From: Halobacteriovoraceae bacterium | GTDB lineage: Bacteria > Bdellovibrionota > Bacteriovoracia > Bacteriovoracales > Bacteriovoracaceae | NCBI GenBank assembly: GCA_963719505.1 | Contig: CAVRCF010000005.1 | Span: forward strand, 992,001 to 1,056,000 | Length of the DNA: 64,000 nt | Direction of reading: 5' to 3' | Part shown: positions 41,472 through 49,022 of the stretch, piece by piece | How the letters are laid out: each line of letters begins with the position of its first letter | How positions within the stretch are numbered: the stretch's first letter is position 1 | Made by a program: the position numbers and the translations under genes | The notes under the pieces: model-generated | Told to the model about the DNA's origin: nothing | Database searches by the model: none | What the model saw: the letters and a program-made list of their open reading frames with translations, nothing else

Positions 41472-42506
41472 ATGAATTTAAATCATTGGTCGTCTGATTA
41501 TCGGGACTCTTTTAAAGACCATGCTGCTCTCGAATCATTTCTATCTTCCAAACTTGATGAAACAAAATATCCTATTTTAATTCCTCGAAACTTTGCACAG
41601 AAAATCAAAGAAAGCGGTATCGATTCACCTCTGGCAAAACAGTTTCTACCAAGCCGTGAAGAGGAAGAGGAACAAAGAGGTGGGCTCATTGATCCAATAG
41701 GTGATCAAAAATTTGAGCAGCAAGGTGGAATCATTCACCGGTATAAGAGTCGTATCCTCTACAGCCCTACAACTGTTTGCCCTATAAATTGTCGCTACTG
41801 TTTTAGAAAAAATGAACTTTTTGAAGACCTCGATACTTTTAAAGCGTCCTTAGACCTTTTAAAGAAATACTTAGAAAACCATCATGATGTTGAAGAGGTT
41901 ATTCTCACAGGAGGTGATCCCCTCATCCTATCCAATAGCAAACTGGAAAAAATATTTTCAGCGATTACTCAGTTTCCTCACGTTAGATACGTAAGAATTC
42001 ACTCTCGCACGCCTGTCATTCTTCCAAAGAGAATGGATACACAATTATATGATCTTCTGAAGCGATTCGAGAAAGTTTTGGACACCATCACTATCGCGAT
42101 TCATATTAATCATGAAAGCGAGATCTCCGAAGATTTTGAAACCCATATTAAAGCGTTTCAATCTTTTAATCTTTTATCTCAATCAGTCCTTTTAAAAGGT
42201 GTTAACGATAATAAAGAAGCTCTCGTCTCACTTTTCAAAAGAATAAATAAACTAAAAATAAAACCTTACTATTTACATCACCCGGATCTTGTCAAAGGAG
42301 CAATGCATTTCTATCTTCCTCTTCGAGAGGGAAGAGAGATTTACGGAAGCCTCAGAGATGATCTTCCCGGTTGGCTAATCCCCCACTATATAATCGATTC
42401 AAGTCGTGGCACGGGAAAAAACTTGGCCTATAATAGCGAGAATCTAAACCCAAGTGGTCAAATCCTTGATCGTTTTGGACAAGTTCATCCTCTTGATCTT
42501 AAATAA
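41472..42506 (+). CDS. KamA-family radical SAM (lysine 2,3-aminomutase/EpmB-like)
   Basis: IHRY, CPINCRYCFR, ILTGGDPL, RIHSRTP, QSVLLKGVND, PYYLH. Confidence 0.92.
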   Translation: MNLNHWSSDYRDSFKDHAALESFLSSKLDETKYPILIPRNFAQKIKESGIDSPLAKQFLPSREEEEEQRGGLIDPIGDQKFEQQGGIIHRYKSRILYSPTTVCPINCRYCFRKNELFEDLDTFKASLDLLKKYLENHHDVEEVILTGGDPLILSNSKLEKIFSAITQFPHVRYVRIHSRTPVILPKRMDTQLYDLLKRFEKVLDTITIAIHINHESEISEDFETHIKAFQSFNLLSQSVLLKGVNDNKEALVSLFKRINKLKIKPYYLHHPDLVKGAMHFYLPLREGREIYGSLRDDLPGWLIPHYIIDSSRGTGKNLAYNSENLNPSGQILDRFGQVHPLDLK

Positions 42507-42561
42507 AATTGGACTAAATCGCCTAGTGTAAAAAATCAGCACTTTAGGTTACAATTTGTAC

Positions 42562-43890
42562 ATGAGCCAAACAATTTTAATTCATGACAATCAAGATTTA
42601 AGAAAGCTTTATTCAATAAATCTTAATACATATGCTGCAACTGATATTGTTGACAGGGGAAATGCGAAAGAGACCATTGAGCTTTTGGCGATTTTACCAA
42701 CGATAAATCTCATTATTTCAAAAAATAATATTGGTAATGAAAATACCGCCGAAGATATTTATGACTATCTCCAAGATAATAATCTAGATATCCCACTAAT
42801 CGTTTTAGGCGAATGTCCGGAAATTTCTCACGACACCCTATGCTTAAAGTCACCTATTGACTGGGAGATACTGGTAAAACATGCCAGTCAACTTTTAGGA
42901 ATAACAGAAGAAGAAGTTAAGAAAAAGATTGTCCCCAACCACGTTCCCATAAAATTAACCTATTTTTACGAGATAGATCACACTCCGTGTGAAATCTTTA
43001 TTCGAATAAAGAAAGGTCCTGGCGAGTATGAATTTATCAAAAGACTCCATGCTCAGGATAACTTTGATGCCTCAGACATCGATAAATATGAAGCACAGGG
43101 ACTAACTGAACTCTATATTCCAAAAGATTATCAGCAGTACTTTGTTAATTTTGTGACAAATAATATTATAAGAAAGCTTGAACTCTCTGACATTGGAATC
43201 CAAGACAGACTTAACGCAACCTCTTCGGGCTATGAGCTCGTTCGCGACAGAGCAGATGAGATCGGTATAGACGAGAATATTCAAGAGCTCGCTCAACAAA
43301 GTATTCAGTCAATGATCAAGGCCATTCAAGAAAACACTAAACTCTCTAGCCTTCTGAAAATGCTTTTGTCCTCAAAAATTTCTTATGCCTATCAGCATGC
43401 TCACCTTGTTTGTGTTATCGGTAATTTTATTTTATCGAAACAACCTTGGTACGAACAAAAGCATCTTAACATCTTCGCATCAGCAGCTTTTTTCTCCGAT
43501 ATAACTTTAAAGTCAATCGATCAGATTAGAGTTAACTCCAATGACGATCTTGCCATGGTCGAGCTAACTGAAGAGCAAATACAAGAAGTTCATTCCCACG
43601 CAAATGATGCTGCAGAAATTATTATAGGGACCCCAATTTACAGTGAGTACCTGTATGCTGTCATCCAACAGCACCAAGGAAGCCTAAATGGTCTGGGCCT
43701 GCCAGATGATCCTAGCGAGGATATTCACCCACTAGCGAAGGTCTTTGTCATAGCTGACTACTTCGTCAAACTTATGCTTGATCCTAAAGCTCCTAAAAAT
43801 AAAAAAGATATTTTGACTATTATCTATGCTCGTTTTAACAACACGAGTTATCAGAAGATTATTAAGGTCTTAGAACTCAAAATAGACTAA
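42562..43890 (+). CDS. Receiver-like plus degenerate HD-GYP domain protein
   Basis: HAHLV, FSDI (HD replaced by SD), QQHQGSLNGLGLP, VIADYF. Confidence 0.75.
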   Translation: MSQTILIHDNQDLRKLYSINLNTYAATDIVDRGNAKETIELLAILPTINLIISKNNIGNENTAEDIYDYLQDNNLDIPLIVLGECPEISHDTLCLKSPIDWEILVKHASQLLGITEEEVKKKIVPNHVPIKLTYFYEIDHTPCEIFIRIKKGPGEYEFIKRLHAQDNFDASDIDKYEAQGLTELYIPKDYQQYFVNFVTNNIIRKLELSDIGIQDRLNATSSGYELVRDRADEIGIDENIQELAQQSIQSMIKAIQENTKLSSLLKMLLSSKISYAYQHAHLVCVIGNFILSKQPWYEQKHLNIFASAAFFSDITLKSIDQIRVNSNDDLAMVELTEEQIQEVHSHANDAAEIIIGTPIYSEYLYAVIQQHQGSLNGLGLPDDPSEDIHPLAKVFVIADYFVKLMLDPKAPKNKKDILTIIYARFNNTSYQKIIKVLELKID

Positions 43891-43899
43891 TTTCTTTGA

Positions 43900-43928
43900 T
43901 TGACATCTTTCTTCATTTTCACTATTTT
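43900..43928 (+). promoter_or_regulatory. Sigma70 promoter of tRNA-Gly
   Basis: TTGACA-17 bp-TATTTT, 14 nt upstream of the tRNA. Confidence 0.7.
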
Positions 43929-43942
43929 AATTGAACGTTTAA

Positions 43943-44018
43943 GCGGTAGTAGCTCAGCTGGTAGAGCATCTCGTTGCCATCGAGAAGGTCGTGAGTTCGA
44001 ATCTCATCTACCGCTCCA
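43943..44018 (+). tRNA. tRNA-Gly (GCC)
   Basis: GCGGTAG/CTACCGC acceptor stem, D-arm AGCTCAGCTGGTAGAGC, anticodon stem TCTCG-TTGCCAT-CGAGA, GTTCGAAT, encoded CCA; 76 nt. Confidence 0.97.
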
Positions 44019-44312
44019 TTTTATTTGATGATGTTGCTCCATTCGGGGCTTTTTTTATTCTTTCTAACTACTTACAAACATTAGAACTGTATACACTCAG
44101 TTTTTAAATCTTTCCGTTTATTTCTCCATCTTTCACTTAGTGCTTACCAAATGCTTACCAGTATTTTGAATTAGTAGCACCGTTAAGCACATGCTTGCAT
44201 TTCGAGGCACAGTTTTTTGTAAACCACTAAAACCCTTAGCTTTTGTCTGTAAGCATATGCTTGCTTAAAAGAGCTACCACCACCTCACTTAAAATTCACA
44301 AGGAGAACAACT

Positions 44313-44948
44313 ATGAAAGAAATTACAGAAGTAATTAATCAAGACTATATTTCAAATAACGCAATCATCTTAAAAAAAATGCGCCTGCTTAAAAGATTAA
44401 ATCGCCAACAAGCCGGCCTACTATTCGACTTCTCATTCAAATATATTGAAAAGCTTGAAAATGGCAGAGGTGCGATTACACCTGAAAGATTTAGAGAGTT
44501 TCAAGAAAACTATGGCTTCTCTGACCGAGAAGTTGAAGATCTTAGGTCAGGAAAACTCGAGGCTCCAACCGATGCTAATTGTATAAGAAGGACAATCTCA
44601 ACTGACAAGAGACTTGATAAAAGGTTTCGGCACAAAAGAATTACACGTGAGTGCAAAGTTTTAAAAGAGCTAAGGCTTAGAATTAATCTAGACCAGTACT
44701 CCGCATCTAGTAGGTGTGGCGTTGGAAAAAATACTATAGGCTGGATTGAAAATGGCCGAGTCACCTTAACAGATAAGAAGATCAGAACAATTGTAGAATC
44801 CTACGGCTTCACAATGGAGCTATTCAACCAACTCTTAAAAGTAAATCCCTTAAGGCATGAAATGATTGAGCAGTGTAGCGAGATCATTTCAAGCATGGAT
44901 GAGAATAAGCTTAGGGTAATAATGCCGATGCTCCAAAGTATGAACTAA
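44313..44948 (+). CDS. Transcriptional regulator with two tandem XRE/HTH_3 domains
   Basis: LKKMRLLKRLNRQQAG...IEKLENGR and LKELRLRINLDQYSAS...IGWIENGR; AAGGAG upstream. Confidence 0.85.
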   Translation: MKEITEVINQDYISNNAIILKKMRLLKRLNRQQAGLLFDFSFKYIEKLENGRGAITPERFREFQENYGFSDREVEDLRSGKLEAPTDANCIRRTISTDKRLDKRFRHKRITRECKVLKELRLRINLDQYSASSRCGVGKNTIGWIENGRVTLTDKKIRTIVESYGFTMELFNQLLKVNPLRHEMIEQCSEIISSMDENKLRVIMPMLQSMN

Positions 44949-44974
44949 TAATTAAACTAATAAAGGAATAAAAT

Positions 44975-45124
44975 ATGAAATTGAATAATATCTTTAGAGT
45001 AGGCTTACAATTATCTGTAAGCTTAACTTTGAAACTTACAACCATTATGTCGTACTTATTCAGGCCACTTCTCCATTTTTATTTAACTTGGGTAGTTCTT
45101 AACCTCATAAAGCTATATATTTAA
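44975..45124 (+). CDS. Small hydrophobic ORF (49 aa), possibly a remnant
   Basis: AAGGA upstream; MKLNNIFRVGLQLSVSLTLKL...LIKLYI; below ORF-track cutoff. Confidence 0.3.
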   Translation: MKLNNIFRVGLQLSVSLTLKLTTIMSYLFRPLLHFYLTWVVLNLIKLYI

Positions 45125-45187
45125 ATAAGTTTGTCTGCCGACTTGTCCACCAACACAATATCCCTTAGCCTATAGTTCGTATCTCCA

Positions 45188-46144
45188 TTATTTTCTATGA
45201 AAAGAAATAATTCTTACAGTCTCATTCCTCACAACAAATACTAATTTCCAATTTTTATTTAAATCGTCAGTAAGAATTATCTCTTGACGTGACTCATCAC
45301 CATCTTTATTTGAATCTCTTTGTATCGTGCTAGGATAAAATTTGACAAACATTTTTACGACCTCTTTAAAACTAGGTCGGTCTTTCTCTTCATTTAATAT
45401 CGATTTGTTTACATCCCATTCAAATTTAAACCTAACAAGCTCTCCCGGCATAATTTCTACCCTTTGAGACAGATATCGATTTCCATCCAATAGCTCAACT
45501 CCAGTACCAATGATTTCTAAATAACCTAGAGCATCACATATAACTTGAGGGTGAAACTGGACAGTTGGAGAATTGTCAAAATCATGTGTATAAACGGATT
45601 CGTAAATTCTATTGTCAGTATTTTCAATTTGAATAAACGGCGGAACATACGGCATTATTCTATGGGCCGATGAGTTCCTAAAATCAGTGACGTGTTCGCT
45701 CAACCAAGTATGGTGCTTATTTAAAATCTCAACTAAACCATTGGGTAAAATTTCTTTAAAATCTTTCTTTTTAAATGATATGTCGAAGTGACTTTTATGA
45801 TCAAAGTTATGTTCAAGTGCGTACACCCAAGCCAAATTATCAATCCCTCCGGAAATATTCATAAAAAAGAAGTTCAAAAGCACAGTTTGGTCAAAACGAA
45901 CTCTTCTAGAAATTTCTTTGCCATCAATTTCTAGTTGAAATATTTCATAAAATCTTTCAACACATTCTTTTAAGTATAAAGTCCTCCGTGCCAATCCATG
46001 TTGTGAGTACTTTATAGCTTCTTTAGAAATTAGTTTATTATTTTTATTGATGTTTTTTATTAAAATATCATCAAACTTTTCTATTACCTCTAAGTATTTA
46101 GTACAAATTTTATTCTGCGTTTCACGGTCATGTAAATAAGTCAT
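45188..46144 (-). CDS. HEPN-like domain fused to a C-terminal BrnT-like RNase toxin domain
   Basis: FRNSSAH (Rx4H); C-terminal FEWDVNK...SFKEVVKMF...DESR...LVFVVRNETVRIISFHRK. Confidence 0.65.
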   Translation of the reverse strand: MTYLHDRETQNKICTKYLEVIEKFDDILIKNINKNNKLISKEAIKYSQHGLARRTLYLKECVERFYEIFQLEIDGKEISRRVRFDQTVLLNFFFMNISGGIDNLAWVYALEHNFDHKSHFDISFKKKDFKEILPNGLVEILNKHHTWLSEHVTDFRNSSAHRIMPYVPPFIQIENTDNRIYESVYTHDFDNSPTVQFHPQVICDALGYLEIIGTGVELLDGNRYLSQRVEIMPGELVRFKFEWDVNKSILNEEKDRPSFKEVVKMFVKFYPSTIQRDSNKDGDESRQEIILTDDLNKNWKLVFVVRNETVRIISFHRK

Positions 46145-46155
46145 TTATAACTCCT

Positions 46156-47436
46156 TTAGTAGGATAAAAATAAGTCAGAATATTCAAGAGAATTAATTGC
46201 ATCATAGATTATCCTCCACTCACCTCCACCCATATTTCGAGGAATTGTCTCTCCACTAGTATCAACATATAACAATCTAATCGTAGCACTCACAACTTTT
46301 TCATCTTCATCTGTTCTCTGGAAGTATACTTTAACATTTACATTTGTCGCAGCTGATGCTTGATCCTCAACACTTTCAATCTTATAATAATTAATAGTCT
46401 TACTTTTTAATTTTGCTCTAAGTTCTCCAGCGACTTTACTTATTTCCAATTTTTCTGAGCTAAAAGCACTTTTTGTAAGACTCACTGCCTTTCCATAGTT
46501 GGCAGTGATTAAGTAATCTAAATACAAACCACAAGTATACTCAGGAGTACCAATCTCTAACTTGGAACTGTCTATAGATTTAATCAGCTTTCTAGGTTTC
46601 CACTCTTTCATTGCACTCTTCTGCTGTTGTGTTTTGTATATTTGATTAATTAAGGTTTCCAAGGAATATTTCTCTTCAATTTCTGGCTCATTATTAAGAC
46701 TATGAGCCCAGTCACCTACAGCAAAAAGTAAACTCCAACACTTTGCTGCTAAGATTTTATTATCGTAACCTAGGTCTCGGCCATGTAATATTCCATGCCG
46801 ATAAGGCAAATATAAAGGATCGGCATTTGTCTTTTTTCTATTTTTAGTGAGTATCTTCTTTAAAGCTTTAAGGCCTTTCTCATGTCCCGAAATTGAATCA
46901 TAGGAAGTCACATTAGATGAATCTGTATAGAGACCATTATTAGAAAGATCTGCCACCATTGCATCCGTCAAGCTTAGTAAAACTAAAACAACGGAGTAGT
47001 ATCGACCCTCCAAATAATCTTTTAATATCTTATCAATAAGATTCATCCGAACCATATAACTCGGAATTGATTTCAAACGAGTTTTCAGAAATGTAATTTG
47101 TTCTTCTGTATAAAAATTTACTAATATATTTTCAGCTTCGTCTATATTTGATGAGTCTGCCTTATCAACAGCAGCTTTCATAGTCTCATGGTTTAATGAT
47201 TCATAGGCGATCCAACCTAGCTTAACAAAATGGTCATTAAATCGATCTGGCATTTGGATAAGCTCTTTAGCCAGTTTAAATTGTTTGGGTGCCTCTTTTG
47301 AAAGTCTTTCAATTAACTCTGCTTTAAATCCTAATTTACCTAATGCTTTCGCCCCCCAAATAAAGGGTTTGAGAATCTTCATTTGTTCTTCTAATTTTTT
47401 TAAAGATATATTCTCACTAATTTTTATTTCTTTCAT
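46156..47436 (-). CDS. HEPN-like domain protein
   Basis: Helical N-terminus, YRHGILHG (Rx4H) motif, extra C-terminal alpha/beta domain. Confidence 0.6.
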   Translation of the reverse strand: MKEIKISENISLKKLEEQMKILKPFIWGAKALGKLGFKAELIERLSKEAPKQFKLAKELIQMPDRFNDHFVKLGWIAYESLNHETMKAAVDKADSSNIDEAENILVNFYTEEQITFLKTRLKSIPSYMVRMNLIDKILKDYLEGRYYSVVLVLLSLTDAMVADLSNNGLYTDSSNVTSYDSISGHEKGLKALKKILTKNRKKTNADPLYLPYRHGILHGRDLGYDNKILAAKCWSLLFAVGDWAHSLNNEPEIEEKYSLETLINQIYKTQQQKSAMKEWKPRKLIKSIDSSKLEIGTPEYTCGLYLDYLITANYGKAVSLTKSAFSSEKLEISKVAGELRAKLKSKTINYYKIESVEDQASAATNVNVKVYFQRTDEDEKVVSATIRLLYVDTSGETIPRNMGGGEWRIIYDAINSLEYSDLFLSY

Positions 47437-47621
47437 AAATAATCCTTAATACTACTACGAATGATAGCTTCTCAAAGCATCTTTGGAAAGGACTCAAGGT
47501 AATGTTGTTAGCAAGTCAAGCCGTAAGCATAAAAGAATCACAACCATAAAGTGTTAAAGCTCCATTATTCAATCTTATTTTTTTGAATATTCTTAAGTGT
47601 TACAGGTCTATCTTTTAAAAA

Positions 47622-48356
47622 TCAACTTAGCGTAGATCGTTGGTCATCATTTTTTGCTAAATCTCTTAGAAGAAAATAAGTAACTCTATTCATGAAGTAT
47701 GCATTTGCAGGAAATGTTAAGCTGAATTGAACTTGTTTTTTCTTTAGTAAATCTGAATGAATTGTATATTTCTGAGCTAAATCAAAAACGATGAAGTCAT
47801 CATCTTCCTCATCTGTCATTCCCTGAAGTTCAGAAGGAGGTAGACTTAGTAATCTTGCTTTTTTATTTTGAAAAATCCCTGCTCTAGGATTAGGAGGACG
47901 AACACCTAGTAGCGATAAACTTTCGTCTTTTATTAGCTCTTCATATCTATACCCTGGGATAATGACTGAAAAAGCTTCTTGCTCTACAACACAGGTTTGG
48001 CTTAAAACAATCCAAAATGAAGTCATTAAACCAGATGCCTCCGTCGGAAAATCAGTATCTGATCTAAAAACATCCCCCTGCCTTACAAACTCAACAGGCC
48101 TAGAATACAAGTTTTCAGAAGATAACAACAATGATCTTTTTGTATGTTCTCCTAGTACTGACTCTATTTTAAAATTTCCGGTTGTAGGAGGATATTTTGG
48201 AATATAATCACGAAAAAAAATACCTGTTTTTGAGAAATATGACCTATTAAGATCAAAATATGATGCATTAAAAGGGAATGACTCTAATTCATTGTGGGTT
48301 ATTAAGTAGTCGTGATATTCGTCTAAGTCAGTAAACGTCCAGCTTGTATGGGTCAT
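47622..48356 (-). CDS. Hypothetical protein, PemK/MazF-like motif pattern
   Basis: VRQGDVF...WIVLSQTC...VIIP...LLSLP...VFDL. Confidence 0.5.
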   Translation of the reverse strand: MTHTSWTFTDLDEYHDYLITHNELESFPFNASYFDLNRSYFSKTGIFFRDYIPKYPPTTGNFKIESVLGEHTKRSLLLSSENLYSRPVEFVRQGDVFRSDTDFPTEASGLMTSFWIVLSQTCVVEQEAFSVIIPGYRYEELIKDESLSLLGVRPPNPRAGIFQNKKARLLSLPPSELQGMTDEEDDDFIVFDLAQKYTIHSDLLKKKQVQFSLTFPANAYFMNRVTYFLLRDLAKNDDQRSTLS

Positions 48357-48378
48357 ATTATATTAAGGCCTTAATTTT

Positions 48379-48825
48379 TTATTTAAATTTTGATACAACC
48401 GTCTTTATTACTGTAGATAATAATTTATTTTCAGGATTATCAACAATATGATCCAGTAGTGACAGATCTCCTTCATCACCAACAGGTTCATTTAATACAT
48501 TCAAGATGTCACCATCGTTAATACCCTGCGAATAAATCTCCTCAACACAGCGATATAAACATTGAAGCCTACGAAATTTTGAAGGTACACTTGTTTGAGT
48601 AATCGTATATGCAGTCCAATTAGTTAAGGTTCTTTCTGACACCCCCAAAAGTGCAGCGATCATAGTTACACGAACATTAAGTCGTTTTTCCAATATTGCA
48701 ATTGCATCACTTCCTGTGACTTCAAAGTACTGATCTTCTTGCTCTAAATCTCTTGCTGCACCCATGACACTTCCTTGTATAGCAGGACTCTTTTTTACTA
48801 GTTCTGTGTGTTGTCCCATATTCAT
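48379..48825 (-). CDS. Xre/MbcA/ParS-like antitoxin (HTH plus C-terminal toxin-binding-like region)
   Basis: IAALLGVSERTLTNW, RRLQCLY, VLNEP...SLLDHI; start moved to ATG 48825 behind AAGGAG. Confidence 0.6.
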   Translation of the reverse strand: MNMGQHTELVKKSPAIQGSVMGAARDLEQEDQYFEVTGSDAIAILEKRLNVRVTMIAALLGVSERTLTNWTAYTITQTSVPSKFRRLQCLYRCVEEIYSQGINDGDILNVLNEPVGDEGDLSLLDHIVDNPENKLLSTVIKTVVSKFK

Positions 48826-49022
48826 TTTATACTCCTTAGTAGTATCGGTACATCTAGGCATAATTTTACCACTTTTTCCGAAAAAAATCACCTTATTTTC
48901 CGAAAAACACATCATTTATTCATGCTGTCAGTACAAAACAAACATAAACTACTGATTTCTCGTGATCTTATCCGCCAGAACTATATCCAAAGCTAAAACC
49001 ACCTGATCCTTCACCACCTACG

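Noticed and set aside
44019-45187. Integrase or prophage genes next to the tRNA
   Set aside because: No recombinase motifs or phage structural genes found; only an XRE regulator and a 49-aa ORF
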